Source of the DNA: Antedon mediterranea
Taxonomy: Eukaryota > Animalia > Echinodermata
Assembly (NCBI RefSeq): GCF_964355755.1
Contig: NC_092670.1
Span: 8,670,201-8,734,200, forward strand
DNA length: 64,000 nucleotides
Reading direction: 5' to 3'
Shown here: positions 11,855 to 24,000 of the stretch, piece after piece
Layout of the letters: each line of letters begins with the position of its first letter
Position numbering within the stretch: position 1 is the first letter of the stretch
Translations under genes and position numbers: made by a program
Notes under the pieces: model-generated
What the model was told of the DNA's origin: nothing
Database searches by the model: none
What the model saw: the letters and a program-made list of their open reading frames with translations, nothing else

Positions 11855-12659
11855 AATTCGAATATATTCACTGAAGTGCAATTATATTCAGTGCAATACT
11901 GTTCGACTTAATTGCAATACATTTTATTTCCATTTCAGTTAACTGCAATTGAATTACACTTAAATCTAATTGTATCCTAGTTAAGTACAAGTTAATCGAC
12001 ATAAAAGGTGATACCAGCAGATACAATTTAACAACAAAACAAACCAATAAGGTTCACTTAATGGAATTGTATTATTTTTGTATACATTTGTTCATTCATT
12101 ATTCTGACTACTTTAGAAGAGATTGTGTTCTTAAAGTTCGATTTTTTTCAAAATAGACAAAAGTTTACCATATTCTGTGCATGCGCTTTGCATTCAACAT
12201 ACCGTTACGCTAACTTGGACAATTTACAACTGAATAACTGATACTTGAGGTATAACAATATTATGTACAGTATGTTGATATATAGTGTCTCAACGCTTCG
12301 ATCAATATATACTTCGATTGTCCTCTGAGAATGCAGTCGTCAACAATAATGTAATTTTATTAACAAAGCAAACAGTAATGCATTCGTAACAACAACAATG
12401 CCAGCCGTATTTACCCAGACAGCAGGCGGTACACGACAAACAGCCTTACTGGCGTGACAACATTTGTATTTTTCCATCAAGAAAAAAAGAATGAGTTATT
12501 ATAGAAAATTATGGATAAGCCCATAGGCACATGAAAAGTAAAGTTAAAAGTGGTTCATTAAAAAAAATCTAGGAAGCCTGAAAACTGCAGTAGGAAAACA
12601 CTTTCATTGGGTAAGACTGCCCTCCATCTTTGGGCATTATTATGAGCAATCTTGGTATA

Positions 12660-14211
12660 CTTCATTCAGCAGTCACTTGTCTCGCACATATATAAAGTCC
12701 TGGTCCAGACAACATCCATCCATGTCTACTTAACAAGTGTGCTGAGGAGTTATCAGAACCCTTGTATCTTTTATTCAAGAAGTCTACAGAGGAAGGTAAA
12801 CTACCAAAAATATGGAAACGAGCTGATGTCTCTCCGATCTTTAAGAAAGGCAGCAAATCACAAGCGTCCAATTATCGACCGATAAGCCTAACATGTATTA
12901 TTTGCAAGATCTTTGAACATATTATTCGTAACAACATACTACGACATGTTAAGAACAATGCAATACTAACAACAGAGCAACATGGTTTTGTTGAGAAGAA
13001 ATCATGTCTGACAAATCTTTTAGAATTTATGGAAGATGTTACTAAGGCTTTGGATGACAACAATAATGTTGATGTCATATTTTTGGACTATAGTAAAGCT
13101 TTCGACAGCGTTCCTCATAGGAGATTACTCATGAAATTGGAGAGCTATGGAATCAAAGGTCAATTGTTATTATGGATTAAAGATTTTCTTGATAACAGAC
13201 AACAAAGAGTCAAAGTGCGTCATGCTTCTTCCAGTTGGGCTGATGTAATTAGTGGAGTTCCACAAGGCTCGGTGTTGGGCCCTACATTGTTTGCATTATA
13301 TATAAATGACCTACCAAAGTATGTGTCTAGTCATATAAAGCTATTTGCTGATGATACAAAGATCTACTCAGTAGTTAACAATAGAAATGATGGGCAATTA
13401 TTACAAGAATCTTTAAACAATGCACTGCAGTGGAGTAAAGAATGGATGTTGGCTTTTAATAAAAGCAAATGCATGGTGATGCACTTTGGGCATTCAAATG
13501 TTCATTTTAAATACCAAATAGATGAAGTTGAACTGGAAACAGTTGAGAAAATAAAGGACCTAGGAGTACTAATTACTAATGACTGTAAACCAAGCCAACA
13601 CTGCGCCAAAGTATCTCAGCGGGCCATGAACTGTTTAAGAAGCATCAGAAGGACTTTCGTATATATGGATAAGGATTGTTTTAACGTCATCTACAAGCAT
13701 TATGTACGCCCACATCTCGAATTTTGTGTTCAAGTATGGAATCCGTATCTTCAAAAGGACATAAATGTAATTGAAAGAGTACAACGTCGTGCGACTAAAT
13801 TAGTTCCATGTATCCGTTCATATTCATATGAAGATCGTTTAAAGTTTCTTGGCCTAACAACCTTGTATGACAGAAGAATTCGAGGTGACCTGATTGAAGC
13901 ATATAAAATTGTTAAAGGTTTCGAGGGTGTAGCCAAGGATGACTTTTTCCAAATGAGAAGTAACATTAGCAGAATTACTCGAGGGCATCACCTGAGATTT
14001 TTCAAGCCTACTTTCCATAAAGGATTGAACTGTAGAAGACATACCTTCTCGCAACGAGTAATAAACCATTGGAACAGTTTACCAGCCGACGTTGTCAATT
14101 CTGAGACCGCTAATACCTTCAAGAATCGCATTGACACAATGTAGTTGATATGGGGTTTAAAAAGGCACATCGCCTAAACTTTCCCATTATAACTAAACTA
14201 AACTAAACTAA
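12660..14211 (+). mobile_element. 5'-truncated CR1-type LINE with (CTAAA)n tail
   Basis: SPGPDNIHP motif upstream of the ORF, an RT domain, and a 3' microsatellite tail aactaaactaaactaaactaa at ~14191-14211. Confidence 0.9.
12762..14144 (+). CDS. Reverse transcriptase (ORF2 C-terminal half) of the truncated CR1-type LINE
   Basis: Motifs NYRPISLT, QHGF, FLDYSKAFDSV, SGVPQGSVLGP, LFADDTK, KDLGV and ERVQRRATK. Confidence 0.93.
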   Translation: MYLLFKKSTEEGKLPKIWKRADVSPIFKKGSKSQASNYRPISLTCIICKIFEHIIRNNILRHVKNNAILTTEQHGFVEKKSCLTNLLEFMEDVTKALDDNNNVDVIFLDYSKAFDSVPHRRLLMKLESYGIKGQLLLWIKDFLDNRQQRVKVRHASSSWADVISGVPQGSVLGPTLFALYINDLPKYVSSHIKLFADDTKIYSVVNNRNDGQLLQESLNNALQWSKEWMLAFNKSKCMVMHFGHSNVHFKYQIDEVELETVEKIKDLGVLITNDCKPSQHCAKVSQRAMNCLRSIRRTFVYMDKDCFNVIYKHYVRPHLEFCVQVWNPYLQKDINVIERVQRRATKLVPCIRSYSYEDRLKFLGLTTLYDRRIRGDLIEAYKIVKGFEGVAKDDFFQMRSNISRITRGHHLRFFKPTFHKGLNCRRHTFSQRVINHWNSLPADVVNSETANTFKNRIDTM

Positions 14212-15275
14212 TATTCGTTTAAAGTGACCGGGTATGCTGCGAGTTGGTCGTCTGGGCTCTGACACTGACGATGTAATATCGACGTCATGAAGGTCAGATA
14301 TCATCAGTAGTGGGAGCAGGTGTCAGAGTCGGCACTGGTAGGGTACAGTAGGCAATCATTAGGCATTTCTCTCCCTTAGTAGAATCAGTCCATTTCACCC
14401 GGGTTTTTGAAAAAATCCGGGTAATAAATCTTGGTCTGTTTTAAACAATTTACCAGTTCTGATTGTTTATCTTGACACACATGAGAGGCCAGCTGGAGTG
14501 CGACAGACACTTCACTACAGAAATTGCTGAAAACCATGTAGGAATTTTCATGAGCTGTCCAGGTGACCTTGTTGTAAATGACCTAATAGTACCCTTGGGT
14601 TATATTTGATGGGTAGTTAATATAATCAAATTACAATTGTGTGTTTTATGGGCTGACACTCTTGACAGGCCTGTGGACCATTTCTGCTAAGGGAGAGTTT
14701 TGCCTCATGATGGATCAACCTTGCACGAATAATCGGCTGGGATTGTCAGCTTAATTATTATTTTAGTGAGCCTTTTCTCTGTAAGATGGTAATCATCTTT
14801 GCTGTTTGAGTCCTCTTTGGAACACAATTCCTCAATGCGATTGAAGAAATGTCGAAGAGAATACCTTGTACTGTAGGATTCAGTATGTTTGACTCTGTAC
14901 GCTGTACTGACTGAAGTGCCATCAATTTACGAGATAAAGTTGATGGGCCTTTGACTTACGATCGGCTAAGACGTACACGTACACAAGATCACCAACTTTA
15001 ATATCAGAGCTTATTGAAAAATGATGATTGATTCATGATTGGCTAAATGGCGTTGTGTGCTGTGATAGAGCGAGGCATGGTATTTGTGAGCATAGTTGGG
15101 GTAGTTCGTCTTCAACATCACCGACAGCTTTCTCAGCGATTGGGTTCTTATTTGGGTTTTGGTCTAGGAGCAAGGTTGGCGTATGAGCCATAAAGAGGCT
15201 GTCCCGATTACACCGTATACTGTAGTAGACTGCCATACATGACATTCGCTGTCAATAATGTACACGGCTGTAAAA

Positions 15276-16026
15276 TATGGAACGCCGTTTAGGCGATGAT
15301 AAAATTGCATCGATGTAATGAAAATTGCGTCGATGTGATGAAAATTGCGTCGATGTGATGATAATTGCTTCGATGAAAACTGCATCGATGAAAACTGGAT
15401 CGATAAAAATTGCGATCTCCCTGCTGTTTTAGTGCGCACTCACTGGGCGCTTGTCTTTAACGCGCTATCGCAAGCGGTAAACATGCTTATCCTATCAAAA
15501 TATTCAGAAACCGTCAACTTTTAGCAACATAATAACATTATTAACATCATTATTAACATCATCATTTACTTTACTAGTAGGCCAAGTAGTAATTTTCATC
15601 ATTGATTGAATTAGAACCATTAATGGAATTTTCATAATCAATTCATCACATCGATGCAATTTTCATCTATGCAGTTTTCATCGATGCAATTTTCATCTAT
15701 ACAGTTTTCATCGATGCAATTTTCATCGACGCAATTTTCATCGACGCAATTTTCATCGACGTAGTTTTCATTGATGCAGTTTTCATCGATGCAATTTTCA
15801 TCGACGCAATTTTCATTACATCGACGCAATTTTCATTACATCGACGCAATTTTCATTACATCGATGCAATTTTCATCGACGCAATTTTCATTACATCAAC
15901 GCAATTTTCATCGACGCAATTTTCATTGCATCGACGCGATTTTCATTGCATCGATGCAATTTTCATCGACGTAATTTTCATCATCGATGCAATTTCATCA
16001 TCGCTAAAAACTTGCGGCATTCCATA
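15276..16026. mobile_element. Foldback MITE with tatggaa(c/t)gcc termini and inverted 15/20-bp subterminal arrays (tttcatcgatgcaat)
   Basis: Left end tatggaacgcc..gcgatgataaaattgcatcgatg versus right end catcgatgcaatttcatcatcgc..ggcattccata. Explains the (DENCI)n ORFs. Confidence 0.8.
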
Positions 16027-16472
16027 GTTAAGTGATGTTATACATTCTTGCAATTGATCAAATCAATGTGTCGTAAAGTCATTGTACCAATGTTGTATCT
16101 CAATTGTTCGATATAGTAACAGACCATGTCATTTTCAGCCAAATTACCCACTGATCCAACAATCAACCACTAACATTGAAGTAACAATGTAACCACTAAT
16201 GTGTGACAAACTTTATTGATAACAAAATCAATTTAACTATGGTTTAATATTCTTAAACATTTTTTGACAGTTGGAAATATTTGACTTTGTTAAATTTCAG
16301 TTTTCATAATTAATCGTTTATATTTTCATTATTTTTTTATTGCCTCTTAATCTTAATTGAATAATCACGCTGAAAGAATAACTTATGAATTGATACTAGA
16401 AGAATGGTTGTCGTAACAACAACTATGGTTTAATATTCTTAAACATTTTTTGAAAGTTGGAAATGTCTGACT

Positions 16473-16812
16473 TTGGGTTTTGGTCTAGGAGCAAGGTTGG
16501 CGTATGAGCCATAAAGAAGCTGTTCCAATTACCCCGTATACTGTAGTAGTCTGCCATACATGACATTCGCTGTCAATAATATACACGGCTGTAAAATATG
16601 GAACGCTGTTTACGCAAGTTTAGGCGATGATAAAATTACATCGATGTAATGAAAATCGCGTCGTTGCAATGAAAATTGCATCGATGTGATGAAAATTGCG
16701 TCGATGAAAATAGTATCGATGAAAACTGCATCGATGAAAATTGCATCGATGAAAATTTCAGTCGATGTGATGAACATTGCGTCGATGAAAAACTGCGTCG
16801 ATGTGATGAAAA
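16473..16812. repeat. Local duplicate of 15152-15410 (flank plus left arm of the MITE), within a duplicated 16236-16422 / 16423-16962 block
   Basis: tttgggttttggtctaggagcaaggttggcgtatgagccataaaga occurs at both ~15151 and ~16472. Confidence 0.8.
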
Positions 16813-17246
16813 TTCTTAAACATTTTTTGAAAGTTGGAAATAATTGACATAATTAATCGTTTTTACTTTCATTATTTTGTTATTGCCTCTTAATCTTAAT
16901 TATATAATCACGCTGAAAGAATAACTTATGAATTGATACTAGAAGAATGGTTGTCGTAACAACTAGGCAATGATTTCGGTTTGCTCCATTTTCCATTTAA
17001 AAAATTGTTTCTCCCAGTTTTATAAAGTGTTGTACCCAACTATACCGAAACAGTGCAAAGGTGAAATACTGTCACATTTGAAACTTGAAAGCAACTTCCC
17101 AGTATTTGGTATGGAGTATCACTTTGATTTTCTAGTTTTTTACTCACCACAAAAAAAAATTAATACTGTAGTTTGGTAAAGTTATATGTACTATTTTTAT
17201 TGATAATCAAACACCACTATTAACTAATGTTGTATCTTCACAGAAA

Positions 17247-18048
17247 ATGGAGTCAAGAATACGTCATTATATGCTAAGAGAAGGAGTTAGACAAGAAATT
17301 ATAGATGCCCTTCAAGACAAAAAAGTTAGTGAATAAACATTTAAATTTAATGTGTACATTTACTATTTCCCCAGTAGTTTGTAATATATATGCCGGGTAC
17401 ATTGCCAGGTACTTTGCCTCCAATCTTTTCACTGTGTGTCCGGTTTAATATGCTGATGCTATGGTTATTTTGAATACCACATGTAGGCCTAGATGATTAC
17501 TATAATAAACTAATGACACCAAAGCCTAATCAAACTGCGCCCCTGGCAGTCTCACCTAACAATCCCTTTGAGAGTAGACATTTCAACATATGGCGCAAAC
17601 TAAATCCTATGTTCAGAAATTGTACTACCAAACATTGATTTATTCCTTCAGTCTATTCTGAGAACGGCATTGGTCAAAAAGTGAAAACGCATCTAAAATC
17701 TTGTTCACATCCATGTCCTGTCAAAAATTAAATGTGCGCTAATACTGGAAAATTCCTAAATATAATCTTCTGTGGACTAAGTTCTATCTATGTGATCAAC
17801 ATTTGTCAAAATCTGTTCTGTATTTTTGTAAGTAAATAACAGACAGACAAACAAACAGACAAATAAACCAGGGTGATGCAGTAACTTCCATTGTAAACAT
17901 GGTTATTCTTTTACAGTTGAATTCTGTTGCTCAAATCAACAAGACATCTGATGAGACTCTGTTGAAGACTTATGGACTGAAATCAATTGAAATTGAGAAA
18001 ATACGGCGTGGAGTTGAAATGTTTGAATTGCATCACAAAGAAGAAACG
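17247..18048 (+). CDS. Coding exons 1-2 (17247-17324, 17917-18048): SAM-like domain
   Basis: Spliced peptide MESRIRHYMLREGVRQEIIDALQDKK|LNSVAQINKTSDETLLKTYGLKSIEIEKIRRGVEMF has SAM-like helix spacing, including the L..YGL....KI pattern. Confidence 0.62.
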
Positions 18049-21000
18049 GTAAATTGTTCAGATTTCTAGAAATTTCTTTATATTAGGCAGTACTACTACA
18101 CTGTAGCCTATACTTCTCATATTTTGTTTGTTTTGTCCAGTTACATATTTTCTATACTGTTTTCTTTTGCTTAGTAAATATTGACATTCATTTTTTAAAT
18201 ATAAAATATAACATTTAATGAATTATTTATTAATTAGTCTAGTATGTATCCATTTGATTCCATATTTATCTTTGACATTTTTTAAACTACTGTTTTTCTA
18301 AAAAATTATTAAAATATGTTTTGAAATGATTATGTTTTTAACCACAGGAAGATATAAAACTCGAGTCAATTAAGACTGTTGTGTCGAATCCGACTTGGGA
18401 TCCGACTTTTCAACAGGCTTCCAGCTCTAGAGAAACAGAGGTAATGGTTCTTAAGAATGTTTAAATGATCATAAAGTAACAAAGCTACCATTAATAAATA
18501 AAATTCAATCTCAGAAATAATGTGATATTGCCATTGGAATGTGGTGCAGATGATTCAATGGTAAATTTTCCTGCTATCCATTCATGCAAATTGTACCATG
18601 TACATTTTTAGTCGCGTGGACGCGACTCTATAGTTCACTATGTCGGTCGGTCGGTCGGTCTGTCGGTCTGTCTTTCGGTCCGGTATCACTATGCATTTTA
18701 GCACGCGACTTATGGCTGTGGGCCTTGTTCTACTACAGCCAGATAGATTGAAACTTTATCAAAATTGTAATAATTTACATTTGTTTATCAGTTGATCTCG
18801 AGTTAAGGTTCTAAAAAATTCTTACAAAGATAAAAACAGTGAGAAGTTTGCAAAGCTACAGTAAATCTGCTATAAAAACATGCCGTAAGAGTCATCATTT
18901 ATTCAAGGCCAAATTTGTGATTACTTTGCATACCATACAGAATTTAGCAAATATACTGTAAAAATATTAAACTTCTTTTTTCTAGTAGTTTAATAGTTCA
19001 ATCTAAATTTGGATGATGTGTTGAATGGTGGTTATGGTGGTCGCACAATTAAAGAAGTTCGCAACAAATTCGAAAGCTCCTCGCACAATTAAAGAAGTCC
19101 GCAACAAATTCCTCGCACAATAGTACAGCTAGTCAGTATGGAACGCCATCGCTGCCTCCGGCAGCAAACTTTAATTCTATTCGGCTCTTTTACCATTACA
19201 TTCGGCTCTTTTAGCATTCGGCGAATTTCTATTCGGCCCATTTACCATTACGTACGGTTCTTTCAGCATTCGGTGCATTTCTATTTGGCCCATTTACCAT
19301 TATACGTTCGGCTCTTTCAGCATTCGGCTCTTTTTTATTCGGCCCATTTACCATTACGTTCGGCTCTTTCAGCATTCGGCTCTTTTTTATTCGGCACATA
19401 TTTACCAATACGCTCGGCTCTTTCAGCATTCGGCTCTTTTTTATTCGGCCCATTCACCATTACGTTCGGCTCTTTTTGATTCGGCCCTTTTTTGTTCGGC
19501 TCTTCTGCATTATTACGTTGGAATCTTTTTAAATCGGCATTTTTTTATATGGCGCAATTAAAATCTAACCTTTGACATGTGGTCAAATGGAAGAAAATCA
19601 ACGACTGGAAATGAGTCTATGAAAAGTTTACAAACATTTCATCATCATGGCGCCAACCATGAGTAGCCAACCGATTAAAGATGTGTTGAATAACCTAAAA
19701 TTTATTCATCTTTTAACAAATTTTGAGAGAGAAAGGGTAAATTATTATTATTAAATGTTAGGCTGACACTAGGCTAGGCCTAGCTAGCCTAGGCCATAAA
19801 TTAAACCTTTTCTCTCTCAAAATGGTCAATAAGGTAGGACAATTGCAAGTTCTCTAACACATTAATCATGTCAATTAAATGATCAGTCATATTGAAATAG
19901 CCTTCAAATTCATTTAATTCAACCAACCAAACACTCTACATGCTGCATCTATATGTTTTGTAAACTTTTTATAGACTCATTTCCAGTCGTTGATTTTCTT
20001 CCATTTGACCCCATGTAAAAGGTTAGAATTTAATTGCGCCATATAAAAAAATGCCGATTTAAAAAGAGCCCAACGTAATGCAGAAAGAGCCGAATAAAAA
20101 AGGGCCGAATCACAAAGAGCCGAACGTAATGGTAAATGGGCCGAATGCTGAAAGAGCCGAACGTAATAGTAAATGGGCCGAATAAAAAAGAGCCGAATGG
20201 AATGCTGAAAGAGCTGAACGCAATGGTAAATGGGTCAAATAGAAATGCGCCGAATATTGAAAGAGCCGAACGTAATGGTAAAAGAGCCGAATAGAATTAA
20301 AGTTTGCTGCCGGAGGCAGCGATGGCGTTCCATACGGACTACTGTACTTTAATTGTGCGAGGTACTTTCGAATTTGTTGCGGACTTCTTTAATTGTGCGA
20401 GGAGCTTTCGAATTTGTTGCGGACTTATTTAATTGTGCGAGGAGCTTTCGAATTTGTTGCGGACTTCTTTAATTGTGCGAGGAGCTTTCGAATTTGTTGC
20501 AGAATTCTTTAATTGTTCGAGGAGCTTTCGAATTTGTTGCGGACTTCTTTAATTGTGCTTAGCTCTTCTTTAATTGCGCGTTTCTTCTTTATTTGTGCAT
20601 TTCGTTTTATATTTTCATGCTTTCTTTTGTTTATATGCGATTTCTTCTTTAATTGTGCGATTTCTTCTTTAATTGTGTGATTCCTTCTTTAATTGTGTAA
20701 TTCCTTCTTTAATTGTGTGATTCTGTGTTATTGTGCGTGACAGTTGTGGGCCACCGTAGATTCTGACCTAGGAATAAAGATTAAACAATTATGTACCTAA
20801 ATAAATGTAGTTATGAATTTAACTTTAGTTGATATCTAAAGTAATTTTTTAAATGTTGGAAATGTTGTGTTTACTTTTATGATTTTAAGGGAGCACATAG
20901 CAGACATATAACAGATGTCTTAATCACCAGGTGAGTTATTTGATTCTATACAATAAAATTCAAGAAAAATATCCTTTTTAACTTTATTTATTAGAAAATG

Positions 21001-24000
21001 AAAATCATAAGAATTTAATTATTGAATGTCCCTGTTTTTTAGAAATATATTGGAAGATGCTATTTTTGGGAGAAAAGGATTACAAGAAATTGAAAAAATA
21101 TGTATGAATGAACCACACCTTGTGAAAACCATCGATAAGGTATTGGAAATGTATGCATTCACAATTACCAAGAACAAATTGAATTTATTAAAAATGTATG
21201 TTTTTAGCAATTTAAAAAATCCATACATTTTAAAATGTATACCAACATAAACAACATACTTATGGTACACAAAATATATATGTAACTTAATCTGTGAAGT
21301 CCAATGAACAGACAGCATTTTTACATTTTTAAAATAACAACTACTGTACCAAATACTACAATTAGACTGCTTTTAAAAAAACATGCACAGAACCAACTAG
21401 AGAAGAGAACACATTTTTAAACTGTTTTTAGTTACAAATTAGTTACAGACATTTACTTATTGGATTGGTTATTGTGTAAATGAATTTTTACATTAAATAA
21501 TTTTCATTTGGTTCATTCACTTTACTTCAGAAAAGAAAACTAAGTAAATAAATAAAATATTGTATTATAAAAATATTTTTGATTACACGCATTAATTACA
21601 TTTATATTTCGAAAAATAGAAGTTTAGTGGTGAAAATAAAAGAGAATGTAGACCTATCAAAACAGACACTTTTAATTAGTCAACTTGGTATTATCATGTG
21701 AAATCTGTATCCAAGAAAGTGTTTGCAATTCTTTATATCCTTAAACATGTAAAACCTTTATTAATTTTAGGTCAACTTTATCTTTCTCTTGTTCAACAAA
21801 TTTTGAATACCGCAGCAATTATATTGTCAAACTTGCCTACTACTACTAACTTTAAAAAATGTGGGACAAGACTTACTGTGTATGTAATGCCCATTTCTTC
21901 TCACTGTTTAAGTATGTTGATGCCACTTGGTTGGTTAAACCTTAGGTACATAATCTGAAAAGATCATCTTATAAGTGTTTAAATGGAGATTTACCCGAAT
22001 ACTGTACCATTCATATTTGAAATTTGATAATGAAAATCATGAACATTTTACCAGAAATACAGTATTGTTTCATTGTTTCACTTTGCCTCAAAACAATATA
22101 TAAAAATACAATACATGGAAAAGAAATAAGAAAAAAAAAACTAGAGACAGGATTCCTAGAAGAAATATCTTACTCTTTCTAATGATATTTAAAAAAAATT
22201 CCTGTTTGACCTTTGTTACATTTTTAGTCTTTCTTTGTTTATTCACCTTACTTTTATTACTACCATATATATTACATTTCTTTTGGAGACTCAACTTCAA
22301 GGCTCCTTTTGGTTTATTTGAGTCACCAGACATAGAACAAAGTTAAGTAAGTTAAATAAGATATGTTTTTTATGTTTTTTTGATATTTATTTGGAAAAAA
22401 ATTTAAATATTAAATTCATCATGTATTTTAAGTATCTTCTGTGGTAGTTCACACGTAGAGCCCCTTTTTTGAGGTACCAACATGTCAATTTGTTATCTAT
22501 ATTTCTGAAGTCTGAAGTCTTCTTAACAAACAGCGATCACGACATTGAATAATACATGCAATGTAATGCATTATATTGCAAAATACAGAAACAAATGTAA
22601 AGGCCAATTGTATTCATCTAGAAACCAATCTATCCCTTGATTATTATGATTCCTTGCATGATGGAGACACACCACTACATCTATATCTGATGCGTTATAA
22701 AGTTGAATTAGATAACAAACTGTCTCGTAACCAACGGTGCATCTAACTCCAAACAATGTATGTACATATAATTTTACAAATAGTTCATAAACAGTAGGCT
22801 AATATTTCTAATAGCACCCTCTCCAATTGTAAAGCATCTTGAAACCTGTTATAGGCCTAGATAATTATGATTCTTTGCCTTATGGACATACCACTACATC
22901 TATATCTAAGAAAGAGTTCTGAAGTTAAATTAGAGATAGTAAACTGTCTTATAACCAATGGTGCATCAATCACAACTCCAAACAATGTATGTACATTTAA
23001 TTTTATAAATAGTTTATTAACGGTAAGCCAACATTTTTAATTGCAATAATAGGTATTAGAAATTTCATATCAAAAAACACAGCTTGAATTGAAAATTGAT
23101 TAAATTATAAATTACAGTAAATTAATAAAAAAACAAATACATTGATTTAATTAATTAAATTTGGAACACATTAAATGATTGATTGATTGACTGAAATGTC
23201 TGAATTTCTTTATTAACCAGAGTCGCATAATACATACAATATAAAAGCAATTAAATCATGAGAAACAGTTAAATATCTTTATCAGAATGCCCTGTGAATT
23301 ACCAATTTTGTTTTAGTAAGACTTTATAGCTAAACAAATTTTATAAAGATCTGTTCATAATCCAGATGGGGTCAACATTCATGAGATATGACTTGAGTCT
23401 TTGCTTCAAAGTAATTATGTTGGTCAATATTGACAGGATTCCCAAAAAGTAAATCTAATCACTCTAGAGTAACTGGTCTCCTAATTTCACCGATTTAGAA
23501 TATAAAAGTATATATAAAATATATATATTAAAAATGTGTAAAAATACAACTTTATAATATATTATTATATTACATACAGTAAAAATACAATTTGATTTAG
23601 TTGCAAACCATTTTTAATAGAAAAATATAACGCAGAATACTATAAGCATTCATTTAAAAGGAAAGGTGTAAATATTTGTTTAAAGTAAGAAGAGACTAGA
23701 GATACATTAACCACAAACAAAGTAATGTACTATTAATTTATAGTACATCCAATGTAATGATATAACACAGTAATCAGTATTACACTATTATCATTTCTCA
23801 ATGTGAAGATACATTTTGCAAAATAAGGAAAACAAACAACTGTTATTTTAATTGATTTTATATGAATTTATGGTTTAGATGAGTATTAGAGCCTTTTTTA
23901 AATCTTAAAGTAGCAGCAATTTTATATTATATATCATGAATAATACCACCAAACTTACGAGTTAAATAATCAGTACTAGAGCCTTTATCTTAAAGTAGCA

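Noticed and set aside
14215-15150. Slightly GC-richer segment that might be a decayed coding or TE region
   Set aside because: No ORF or motif I can recognise on either strand.
15638-15974. (DENCI)n and related ORFs
   Set aside because: Translations of MITE subterminal tandem repeats.
19138-19479. 113-aa and 74-aa repetitive ORFs
   Set aside because: They are foldback arm repeats with no coding signature.
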